From an uncultured Acidimicrobiaceae bacterium (lineage in GTDB: Bacteria > Actinomycetota > Acidimicrobiia > Acidimicrobiales > RAAP-2), in assembly GCA_963701325.1 (NCBI GenBank), contig OY969604.1, positions 13,710 to 77,709 of the forward strand: a stretch of DNA of 64,000 nucleotides, written 5' to 3'. Under the pieces are notes generated by a model. It was not told where the DNA came from. It was given only the letters and a program-made list of their open reading frames with translations, and made no database searches. Of this stretch, positions 1-7,847 are shown piece by piece. The position numbers and the translations under genes are program-made. How positions within the stretch are numbered: position 1 is the stretch's first letter; each line of letters begins with the position of its first letter.

Positions 1-1
1 C

Positions 2-310
2 ACAGAGGCAGGGGTTGCCCCGGCCCACGGTACGAACGTCGTCTCCACAAAGACCATTACGTGGGGCAGTGGGAAGACCTCGAAGACGACCTACACGTAT
101 ACGAAGGTGACTACCAATAATTGCGCAGCACTGACGGGTTACACGAAGACCGCCAAGTATCACGAGGCGGGTCATGTGAACACCGGTACGGCCGGCGGCA
201 CGGCCACCGGGATGCGCGGTGGGGTGTTTTCTGGTTATGCATGCGTCTACACGCACACCGCAACTCCGCATACGTTGAAGGTCGTCAACCAGGGTAATTT
301 CAACGTTTAG
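2..310 (+). CDS. 3' end of a gene entering from upstream of the window; Thr/Gly-rich hypothetical protein C-terminus
   Basis: Frame 2 is open from base 2 to TAG at 308-310 (TEAGVAPAHGTNVVSTKTITWGSGKTSKTTYTYTKVTTNNCAALTGY...VVNQGNFNV). The ORF track shows only the part after an internal GTG at 107. GC is visibly lower than in the rest of the window. A strong hairpin follows. No family recognised. Confidence 0.4.
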   Translation, partial: TEAGVAPAHGTNVVSTKTITWGSGKTSKTTYTYTKVTTNNCAALTGYTKTAKYHEAGHVNTGTAGGTATGMRGGVFSGYACVYTHTATPHTLKVVNQGNFNV

Positions 311-343
311 GCCAACAAGCAACAAGTAACTGACGTACCGCGA

Positions 344-374
344 AGGAGGCCCCGGCCAGCAGCCGGGGCCTCCT
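344..374 (+). terminator. GC-rich hairpin downstream of the partial gene (intrinsic-terminator-like, no clear U-tract)
   Basis: AGGAGGCCCCGGC (344-356) pairs perfectly with GCCGGGGCCTCCT (362-374), leaving a 5-nt loop CAGCA. It lies 34 nt after the stop codon. Confidence 0.5.
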
Positions 375-641
375 CGCGCTACCTCTGGCAACTCATGAAC
401 GAGGGAGGCGGGTCCTTCTCGAAGTGCAGCGGGACGGCTGTGGAGGGGGACGGCGGGGAAGACGGTCTGCCTGGACTCCGACCCGTCGGATGCGGGCGGC
501 GAGAGGGCGACCGGTGCCAGGGAGGCACTAGTTTGCAGGTCAGGCCGAACCCGAGCCCCGAAGACCGGATGGAAGCGACCGGGGTCCGCCGCTGGCTTCA
601 CGTAGCTTGGGCGGGTCAACGACCGAACAATGGAGGCTGTC

Positions 642-1032
642 ATGATCGGTGACAAGGAAGAGCAGTTCCAAGGCAAGGGAACCGACCTGGGCGGCCTGCA
701 GTCGCATATCGAGGAGTACCTCAAATCCGACGGCTTCACCGTCCAGAGTTCGACTCCGGGTGAGCAAGGCGTGGTCATCCAGGCCAAGAAGGGCGGCTTC
801 CTGCCGCGGGGTCGTTGCTGCGGACCGAGCGCTGACCGTCACGATTGCGGGTAGCCCTGCCGACTTCACGGTTCGGATCGGCATCGGCAAGTGGCTCGAG
901 CACATCGGGACGGCAGCGATCGAGACACTGCTCATCTCGGGGCTGTTTCTCGTCGTCGACGTTGCCGAGGTTGCCTGGAATTTCGAGATCGAGGACAAGC
1001 TCGTCAAGAGCATCAAGTCGTTCGTCGGGTAG
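642..1032 (+). pseudogene. Small hypothetical protein (~130 aa), reading frame broken by a +1 shift near 800-815
   Basis: GGAGG sits 5 nt before ATG 642. The frame-0 product MIGDKEEQFQGKGTDLGGLQSHIEEYLKSDGFTVQSSTPGEQGVVIQAKKGGFL turns into junk and stops at 852-854. A protein-like, high-GC3 frame (+1) continues as RGVVAADRALTVTIAGSPADFTVRIGIGKWLEHIGTAAIETLLISGLFLVVDVAEVAWNFEIEDKLVKSIKSFVG up to 1032 and has no start or RBS of its own. Confidence 0.5.
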
Positions 1033-1159
1033 CGAATCGCCCGTCCCCATTGTCCGGCAGCTGCTGTCCAACGCGGGCAGAGTGGGTGAAGACGACTGCC
1101 TGCTTCCGGCCGATACCGGTCCGCCGATCTGATCGTCCCGAGAGGTTGACAACGGTGCC

Positions 1160-1957
1160 GTGGGTTCACTGCCGCTGAGTGCGACCGCCGTGATCGAACG
1201 GCTGATGGGAGCCGGCTGCCTCGCCCCAGAGGAAGAAGCCGAAGAGCTGATGGCTGCTGCTCGGGACGAGGCAACCCTCGAGGCATCCATCAGACGCCGC
1301 GAGGCCGGTGAGCCGTTGGCATGGATCACGGGCACGATGCGCTTCTGCGGTCACAACGTGCGCGTCGACCCGGGAGTGTATGTCCCTCGGATCCAGACGG
1401 AGGTGCTCGCGGCACGCGGTGCCGAGCTCATGGCAGCGCGAGGGCGAACGTCGCGAGCTGTGGATCTGTGCACCGGCACGGGTGCGATTGCCCTGCATCT
1501 GATGGCCTCGGTGCCGGGCGCAGCGGTCGTGGCGGTCGATTCCGAGCGGCTGGCGGCGGCCTGTGCTCGTCGCAACGGTGTGCCGGCCGTCGTAGGCGAC
1601 CTCGGCCAGCCCCTGGGTCGACGCGACTTTGATGTCGTCACGGCTGTGGCTCCGTACGTCCCGACGGCGGACCTACGATTTCTGCCAGCGGACGTCCAGC
1701 GATACGAGCCTCGCATCGCGCTGGACGGGGGCAGCGACGGCCTCGAGCTCGTGCGGCGGGTGGTTGCCACTGCCGCGGCCCTCCTTCGACCGGGTGGCTG
1801 GCTCCTGACGGAAGTCGGAGGCGAGCAGGACCGCGGGCTTGCTGCGACGCTCGAGGCATGCGGTTTCGGTGCCGCCGCCACGTGGTCTGACGAGGACGGC
1901 GACCTGCGTGGGCTCGCGGCGCAGTTGATGGATTCCGGCTCCGGAGCCGCCCCCTGA
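1160..1957 (+). CDS. PrmC/HemK-related SAM-dependent methyltransferase (putative protein N5-glutamine methyltransferase family) with a degenerate NPPY motif
   Basis: 265-aa ORF with HemK-like layout: RVDPGVYVPRIQTE, SAM motif VDLCTGTGAIAL, FDVVTAVAPYVP at the position of xNPPY, and EPRIALDGGSDGLELVRRV. Confidence 0.75.
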   Translation: MGSLPLSATAVIERLMGAGCLAPEEEAEELMAAARDEATLEASIRRREAGEPLAWITGTMRFCGHNVRVDPGVYVPRIQTEVLAARGAELMAARGRTSRAVDLCTGTGAIALHLMASVPGAAVVAVDSERLAAACARRNGVPAVVGDLGQPLGRRDFDVVTAVAPYVPTADLRFLPADVQRYEPRIALDGGSDGLELVRRVVATAAALLRPGGWLLTEVGGEQDRGLAATLEACGFGAAATWSDEDGDLRGLAAQLMDSGSGAAP

Positions 1958-1984
1958 CGAGAACCCATGCCCAGGCTGGGAGCA

Positions 1985-2001
1985 GCGTCCCGCAGGGACG
2001 C
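1985..2001. terminator. Short hairpin between convergent genes (possible bidirectional terminator)
   Basis: GCGTCCC-GCA-GGGACGC forms a 7-bp stem with a 3-nt loop. It lies in the 48-nt gap between the methyltransferase stop (1957) and the enoyl-CoA hydratase stop (2006). Confidence 0.35.
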
Positions 2002-2005
2002 GCGC

Positions 2006-2803
2006 TCAGGACGGAAGGGGCGGAAGGCTTCCCTGCCAGTGTGGCGTCCGGTGTTCGAGATACGAGAGGACCCCCTCACGGGCATCCGGATGGTCCATGA
2101 GCTGATGGTGGAGGGCTGTCTCCCGCTGCTCGACCCCGTCGGCGGAGAGCTCCCAGGTGGACCAGAGCAGCTCCTTGCTTGCGGCCACGGACAGAGGGGC
2201 GGTGTTGGCCGCCACGTCACGGGCGAGGTCGATCGCAGCCGGGAGGACCTGGTCGGCGGGGAGTGCCCGGCTGCAGAGCCCCAACTCCCTGGCCTCGATT
2301 CCGTCGAAGGTGCGACCGGTGAGCAGGATGTCCGCGGCGGCCGACTGTCCGACGATCCTAGGGAGCGTCCAGTGGGAGAAGGCGTCCCCCATCACGCCGC
2401 GGCGTGTCTGCACGATGCCGTACTTGGCGTCCGTGGCAAAGATCCGGATGTCGCACTGGAGGGTGAGCGTCAATCCCACCCCGATGGCATGACCGTTGAC
2501 CGCCGCGATGACCAGCTTGCGAACCTGCCACGCCGGCATCGGGACAGCTGCCGCGCTGAAGCTCGACTCGTCCTGCTTGGCGAACGTCCCCGCCCCTCCG
2601 GACAGATCGGCACCCGCGCAGAACGCCGGGGGCGTGCCGGTCACGACGACCACCCGGACCCGGTCGTCGGCATCGCAGGTGCGGAACGCACGAGCGAGCG
2701 CGTCGCCCATACCGCTCCCGAACGCATTGCGCACCTCGGGCCGGTTGAGGGTGATCGTTGCGACGCCACCGTCGATGTCGAGGAGGATCGAGTCGTCGTT
2801 CAC
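2006..2803 (-). CDS. Enoyl-CoA hydratase/isomerase (crotonase) family protein
   Basis: The C-terminal 265 aa of the composite 678-aa ORF read VNDDSILLDIDGGVATITLNRPEVRNAF...TGTPPAFCAGADL...AAVNGHAIGVGLTLTLQCDIR. GTG 2803 overlaps the TGA of the upstream LLM gene (GTGA). Confidence 0.85.
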   Translation of the reverse strand: MNDDSILLDIDGGVATITLNRPEVRNAFGSGMGDALARAFRTCDADDRVRVVVVTGTPPAFCAGADLSGGAGTFAKQDESSFSAAAVPMPAWQVRKLVIAAVNGHAIGVGLTLTLQCDIRIFATDAKYGIVQTRRGVMGDAFSHWTLPRIVGQSAAADILLTGRTFDGIEARELGLCSRALPADQVLPAAIDLARDVAANTAPLSVAASKELLWSTWELSADGVEQRETALHHQLMDHPDAREGVLSYLEHRTPHWQGSLPPLPS

Positions 2804-3832
2804 GCAGTGCCGGCCTCGGAGCCGTGCGCATCCTTGAGCGCGTCGACCAGCTCTCCGACGAGGTCCTCGGTCACCTGGTAGGGCGTGTAGAAGGCGACCC
2901 GCTCTGCCGTCCCTCCGAACCGGGCGGCGATGGTGGCTGCGACCTGCTTGGGCGAACCGACCGCAGCCAACGTCGCCAGCATCGCGTCGTCGATGCTGGT
3001 CGGCATCTCGTCCCAGCGACCCTCCTTGGACAACCTGTTCAGCTCGGGTTGCAGGTCCTCCCACCCTTCGACTTCGAGGACCGGTCTGTAGGCCGGCGTG
3101 GACCCGTAGAAGGCGAGGAGCCAGCGCGAGCCGGACCTGGCGGTCTCCAGCTCGGTGTCGTCCCTCCCGCAGCACACGATCACCTCCGCGGTCACCTCGA
3201 GATCGCTGCGAGCCCGGCCACCGCGGCGGAGGCCCTCTTCGATCGCCGGGAGTGTCCGCTCGCGGAAATGGCTCGCAGTATTGAAGGGCATCACCAGCAA
3301 CCCGTCTGCCACCTCGGCAGCCAGGCGGACCATCTGGGGGCCGAGCCCTCCGATGGCGATCGGGGGCGTCCCGTAGGGATTGGGCCCCGGATCGAATGTC
3401 GGGGTCATCAGGGTGTGCGACGAGAACTCCCCCCGGAAGTCGAGGCGTTCCCCGGTCTCCCATGAGTGGAAGATGGCCCGGAGGGCGGCGATCTTGTCCC
3501 GCATTCGCCGCGACCGGCCGCTCGAACTCCGCTCCGTACCGTCGCTCGATCTGAGCCTTGACCTGGGTTCCGAGCCCGAGCGTGAAGCGACCCTTCGAAA
3601 GGAGCTGGAGATCGTTGGCCTGGTGGGCGAGCTGGATCGGGTTGCGGGGAAAGGCGATGGCCACGTTGGTGGCCAACTCGAGCGAATGGGTGGCCTGCGC
3701 AGCGAGGATCAGCGGGGTGAACACGTCATGGGGCCCCTCGAAGCTGAACGCGCCGTCGAGGCCGAGGTGCTCGAGTCGACGAGCGTGGTCGGGGGCCGCC
3801 TCGCCATCAGCCAGCTGGGTGTCGAACTTCAT
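2800..3832 (-). pseudogene. LLM-class F420-dependent (luciferase-like) oxidoreductase, frameshifted (+1) near 3508
   Basis: The N-terminus MKFDTQLADGEAAPDHARRLEHLGLDGAFSFEGPHDVFTPLILAA...GTQVKAQIERRYGAEFERPVA is in one frame (ATG 3832). The C-terminus (R)MRDKIAALRAIFHSWETGERLDFRGEF...AERVAFYTPY is one base further on (ORF 2800-3504). Removing one G in GCGGCG (3506-3511) gives ...ERPVARMRDKIAAL. Confidence 0.75.
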
Positions 3833-3953
3833 CGGGTCACGCGTCTTCCGCGAGGTGGTCGTGCCGAGTCCACTCCCGTGGAACGGTTGGCGCAAGTGCG
3901 CTCGACCCGCCGGGTCCTCGCCGGAACGGTCAGAGGCGGCGGCCCGGACGGAG

Positions 3954-5339
3954 TCAGAGCCGATTGGTCCAGGCGTGTGCCCCCATCTGGACGGCGTCCC
4001 AGGGGCTTCCCAGTGGAGGGGTGTAGGAGAGGTCCAGGTCACTCATCTGCTCGACCGTCATGCCGTGGAAGAGTGCCGTCGCTGCGATGTCGATCCGCTT
4101 GGCCACCTCCGCCTGGCGGTGTCCGAACAGCTGGACCCCGAGCAGTTGGCCGGTGGAGCGGTCGCCTGTGAAGCGCATGGCGATTCTGTGACTTCCCGGG
4201 TAGTACGCCTTGTGGTCGTCCGCCTCGCATCCGACGGTCACCGGGTCGAAGCCTGCGGACCGCGCTTCGTGGTCCCGCAGTCCGGTCCGGGCGACGGCGT
4301 GGTCGAAGATCTTGACCACCTGGGTCCCGAGGCTCCCGGCGAAGACGCGGTTCCGGCCGAGGGCGTTCTCGCCGGCCACGCGGCCCTGCTTGTGTGCAGT
4401 CGTGCCGAGCGGGAGATAGGTGACGCCGAGGAGCCGGTGGTGGGTGATCGCGGAGTCACCGGCCGCGAAGACGTGGGGGAGAGTCGTCCGCATCCGGGGG
4501 TCCACCTCGAGGGCACCACCGTGGCCGAGTGTGGCTCCCGCGGCGGCGGCCAGCTGTGTGTCCGGTCGCACGCCGACGACCAGCAGGACCATGTCGACGC
4601 ACCGGTGCACCTCACCCGCGGTGGTCCTCGCGTCGACCCTGAGCCGACCACCGCCATCACTCGGGCACCGGGAGATCCTGGTCGCGGTGGTACCGGTGAG
4701 GACCTCGACACCGTGCTCTGTGAGCTGGGCGCGGACCAGTGCCCCGAGCTCGGGATCGACGGTCGGGAGGACCTCTTCGAGCTGCTCCATCTGGGTGACC
4801 CGGAGACCGCGTGTGGCGAGCGCTTCTGCCATTTCGAGGCCGATGTAGCCGGCTCCGACGATCACTGCGCTGGCAGGAGCGGCATCCTCGAGCGTCTTCA
4901 TGACGGCAAAGGTGTCGCCCATCGAATGGAGGAGATGGACGCCGTCCTCGGCACCGAGGGCACCCTCGCCGCTGACCCCCTCGATCGGGGGCATGGCCGG
5001 GAGAGCACCGGTGCCGACGATGAGTTCGTCGTACGAGAGCAGCTCCTCCGTGCCATCAGGGTCGGTGACCAGCAGGGTACGGTCCGCCACGTTGATCCGG
5101 CGAGCCAGAGTGTCGACCCGCACCTCCATCCCGGTCTGCTCCAGGTCGGCAGTGGTGCGGTGCGCAAGGTTCTGCCAATGGCTCACGTCGCCTGAGATGT
5201 AGTAGGGGATGCCGCAGATGGAGAAGTTGGGATAGGCGTCGGCAAGCACCACGGTGACCCTCGCTGTGCGGTCGAGCTCTCGGATCCGCAGGGCGGCGCT
5301 GATCCCGGCGTCACTGCCTCCGACGGCGACGATGTGCAT
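3954..5339 (-). CDS. FAD-dependent pyridine nucleotide-disulfide oxidoreductase, CoA-disulfide reductase/NADH oxidase-like (single redox Cys)
   Basis: ATG 5339 is preceded by GAGGAG. FAD fold MHIVAVGGSDAGISAA, single active-site Cys motif NFSICGIPYY, NAD fold VIVGAGYIGLEMAEA, and AAGDSA. 461 aa. Confidence 0.8.
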   Translation of the reverse strand: MHIVAVGGSDAGISAALRIRELDRTARVTVVLADAYPNFSICGIPYYISGDVSHWQNLAHRTTADLEQTGMEVRVDTLARRINVADRTLLVTDPDGTEELLSYDELIVGTGALPAMPPIEGVSGEGALGAEDGVHLLHSMGDTFAVMKTLEDAAPASAVIVGAGYIGLEMAEALATRGLRVTQMEQLEEVLPTVDPELGALVRAQLTEHGVEVLTGTTATRISRCPSDGGGRLRVDARTTAGEVHRCVDMVLLVVGVRPDTQLAAAAGATLGHGGALEVDPRMRTTLPHVFAAGDSAITHHRLLGVTYLPLGTTAHKQGRVAGENALGRNRVFAGSLGTQVVKIFDHAVARTGLRDHEARSAGFDPVTVGCEADDHKAYYPGSHRIAMRFTGDRSTGQLLGVQLFGHRQAEVAKRIDIAATALFHGMTVEQMSDLDLSYTPPLGSPWDAVQMGAHAWTNRL

Positions 5340-5377
5340 TGGATCTCCTCGGGCTGGGGTCGATGCCGACGGTCCGC

Positions 5378-6127
5378 TCAGTGGTGGGCCTCGAACCCGG
5401 TCTCTGGGTCTTGGGTCCCTCGCAGGTGGGGCACGATGATGTCGGCGGATTCTGCCGGGGTGATCCCGGGGTAGAGCAGGAAGATGAGGCCGACCGCGGC
5501 GATCCCACCGACGATCTGGGCTCCGATGAACCACGGGGCGGACGACGGTGCGATTCCGGCGAAGGTGTTGGAGAACATCCGCCCGATGGTGATGGCCGGG
5601 TTGGCGAAGCTGGTCGACGAGGTGAAGAAGTAGGCGGCCGTGATGTAGGCGCCGACAGCCGCGGGCGTGTAAGCGGTCTTTCCGGAGCGGGCCAGTGCGA
5701 AGATCACCAGGACCAGCCCGAGGGTGGCGACGACCTCGGAGAGCAGGTGCGGCCCGGTGGCCCGGTGATGGGTCGAGATCGAGACGGTCCGGAGCGAGAA
5801 CATGACGTTCGCCACGATGGCGCCGGTGACGCACCCGGCCACCTGGGCGGGCAGATACGCGGCGGCGTCACGCCAGGAGATCCCACCGAAGGCGGCATCC
5901 ACGAACGAGACGACCGGGTTGAAATGAGCGCCCGACAGGGCCCCGAAGATCAGGATGACCGCGAACAGGCCGGCTCCGGTCACGATGGCGTTCTGCAGCA
6001 GTTCCAGCCCGTGGTTTCCCGGGGAGAGCTGTTGGGCGGCGATGCCCGATCCGACGACGATGGCGGCGAGGAAGGCACTGCCGAGGTACTCCGCGGCCAG
6101 GCGGCGCCACAGGACGACGTCGTTCAC
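5378..6127 (-). CDS. MIP-family channel (aquaporin/aquaglyceroporin)
   Basis: Two NPx boxes (GAHFNPVVS and FANPAIT) and about 6 hydrophobic segments. GTG 6127 lies 25 nt after the upstream gene's stop. 249 aa. Confidence 0.85.
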   Translation of the reverse strand: MNDVVLWRRLAAEYLGSAFLAAIVVGSGIAAQQLSPGNHGLELLQNAIVTGAGLFAVILIFGALSGAHFNPVVSFVDAAFGGISWRDAAAYLPAQVAGCVTGAIVANVMFSLRTVSISTHHRATGPHLLSEVVATLGLVLVIFALARSGKTAYTPAAVGAYITAAYFFTSSTSFANPAITIGRMFSNTFAGIAPSSAPWFIGAQIVGGIAAVGLIFLLYPGITPAESADIIVPHLRGTQDPETGFEAHH

Positions 6128-6152
6128 GGTGGTCCTGGCGAGCCGAGGCGGA

Positions 6153-6617
6153 TTATGAGCAGCAGCTGGATGCGGACCCAGCCGAGGTCGCGGTCGGCAG
6201 CTCGCCCTCGGCGGTGTGGCTGTGCCCGTCCCGGGCGGTGTCCTCGAAGCTGTCCGCATCCGCGAGCACCGTGTAGACCTCCCAACGGGCACCGTCGGGT
6301 CCATCCACCCAGACCTTGTCCTGGATCGCGTAGCAGCACGTGGTCTGCGCCTCGACGCGTGCCTCTATCTCCTGGTCACTCAAGGACGCCGCCGCAGCGA
6401 GCACTGCGCCGGGTGACCCGACCTCGACCCCGAGGTGGTTGATGGAGCCCGGCTGGCCGGCCCCTTCGATGAGCACCAGCTTGAGGGGTGGCTCGGCGAT
6501 CGAGAAGTTGGCATAGCGGGGGCGGACCTTGGCCGGACGGGCATTGAACAGCTTCGAATAGAAGGCGACGGCTTGGTCGAGATCGGACACATTGAGGGCG
6601 AGTTGCACGCGGGACAT
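6153..6617 (-). CDS. ArsI/CadI-family (glyoxalase/VOC fold) heavy-metal/organoarsenical resistance metalloenzyme
   Basis: MSRVQLALNVSDLDQAVAFYSKLFNARPAKVRPRYANFSIAEPPLKLVLIEG, with the vicinal-cysteine signature QTTCCYAIQDKVWV typical of ArsI/CadI. The C-terminal tail ends in CC. Confidence 0.8.
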   Translation of the reverse strand: MSRVQLALNVSDLDQAVAFYSKLFNARPAKVRPRYANFSIAEPPLKLVLIEGAGQPGSINHLGVEVGSPGAVLAAAASLSDQEIEARVEAQTTCCYAIQDKVWVDGPDGARWEVYTVLADADSFEDTARDGHSHTAEGELPTATSAGSASSCCS

Positions 6618-6662
6618 GGCGCTCCCTTACATTGAAGGCTGTCGATTGTCGAGTATGGACGA

Positions 6663-6684
6663 TACATTGACGGATGTCAATATA
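6663..6684. promoter_or_regulatory. Candidate ArsR operator: imperfect inverted repeat in the divergent cadI/arsR intergenic region
   Basis: TAcATTGAC-GGAT-GTCAATaTA has perfect 6-bp arms ATTGAC/GTCAAT, extended to 9 with one mismatch. It lies in the AT-richest patch of the 56-nt gap. A related TACATTGAAGG copy is at 6619-6629. Confidence 0.4.
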
Positions 6685-7057
6685 CTGGAGCGAGAACGTG
6701 ACGACCGAAACCACCGACCCGGAGCTCCTCTGCTGCCCGCCACTGACCGGGCGCGCCCTCTCCAACGAGCAGGCGGTCGCGATGGCCGAGGTGCTCGCCG
6801 CGCTCGGCGATCCCGTCCGGCTCCGGATCTTCTCGATCGTGGCCAGCGAGGGGGAGGTCTGCAGCTGCAACCTCGAGGGACCGCTTGGCAAGAGCCAGCC
6901 CACGATCTCCCACCACACGCACAGGCTCGCCGCTGCAGGCCTCATCGTCGGCGAAAAGCGGGGGCGCTGGATGTGGTGGCGTGCGGTCCCTGCCCAGCTG
7001 ACCGCGCTGCGAGTCGCCCTCGGCGGAATCGACGACACCCAGCAGTCGCCAGCGTGA
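6674..7057 (+). CDS. arsR: ArsR/SmtB-family metalloregulatory transcriptional repressor
   Basis: wHTH LAALGDPVRLRIFSIV...ISHHTHRLAAAGLI, metal-site cysteines ELLCCPP and EVCSCNL. An alternative and perhaps better start is GTG 6698, which is preceded by GGAG, because ATG 6674 lies inside the operator repeat. Confidence 0.85.
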   Translation: MSIYWSENVTTETTDPELLCCPPLTGRALSNEQAVAMAEVLAALGDPVRLRIFSIVASEGEVCSCNLEGPLGKSQPTISHHTHRLAAAGLIVGEKRGRWMWWRAVPAQLTALRVALGGIDDTQQSPA

Positions 7058-7239
7058 CAGCAGCGTCTGCCGACGAGGTGCACGCAATCGGGTAACGCCA
7101 GGAGTGGACCTGGACCGGCGGGGTGGGGGAGGGGCCGGTCTCGGGACTCTCGCCCCGCCGGGCGAATAGAGTTGCTCCGAGTACCTGCCCGTTGCCGACG
7201 ACGACTGTCGGCACGCCGATCGGAGGGATCGCGAGCGTC

Positions 7240-7695
7240 ATGACCCAAGTGGAGATTCCGACTGCGGTGCACATCGGGGCCGACGATCTCCCGTTCGTCG
7301 ACATCGGCGACGGCAACAAGCTCAAGGTGATCCAGGTCAAGCCAGAAGAGGGCCTCTGGATCGTCGAGAACATCTTCCAGGCCGGCTACGAGGTCCAGAC
7401 CCACCGGCATACCGGTCCCGTCTACGCCTACACCGTTTCTGGTGCATGGCGGTACAAGGAGTACGACTACGTCAATCACGCTGGGTCGTTTCTCTACGAG
7501 CCTGCCGGGTCGGTGCACACCCTGCAGTGCGTCGAAGACCAGACACGGGTCTGGTTCCAGATGTACGGCGTCAACCTCAACCTCGACGCCGCTGGCAATG
7601 TGGAGAGCGTGTTCGACGGAGCGGGGACCCTGGCTGCCTACCTGGCCCTCTGCGAGGCGGAGGGCTTTCCGCCGCCGAAGGTGCTGGTTGGATGA
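7240..7695 (+). CDS. Cupin-fold protein, 2,4'-dihydroxyacetophenone dioxygenase-like family
   Basis: ATG 7240 follows GGAGGG. Cupin metal motif QTHRHTGPVYAYTVSGAWRY...GSFLYEPAGSVHTL. 151 aa. Confidence 0.6.
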   Translation: MTQVEIPTAVHIGADDLPFVDIGDGNKLKVIQVKPEEGLWIVENIFQAGYEVQTHRHTGPVYAYTVSGAWRYKEYDYVNHAGSFLYEPAGSVHTLQCVEDQTRVWFQMYGVNLNLDAAGNVESVFDGAGTLAAYLALCEAEGFPPPKVLVG

Positions 7696-7847
7696 GGAGC
7701 GCGGGTCGGACCGGCGGGTCCGATGTCACGACCAGGCAGGAATAGCCGGGGAACGGAGCCCCGCCGCCTCTGTCGCGAACGGCGCGGGCTGCACCGAGGA
7801 TGATCTGCCGCCGAAACGCGGCCCGACGCAGCACGGAGGGAACCACC

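Noticed and set aside
2006-4042. 678-aa ORF that looks like a fusion protein
   Set aside because: It is a composite: the N-terminal half of the LLM oxidoreductase, then ~230 codons of out-of-frame read-through created by the +1 insertion at ~3508, then the in-frame crotonase. The crotonase has its own GTG (2803) overlapping the true LLM stop.
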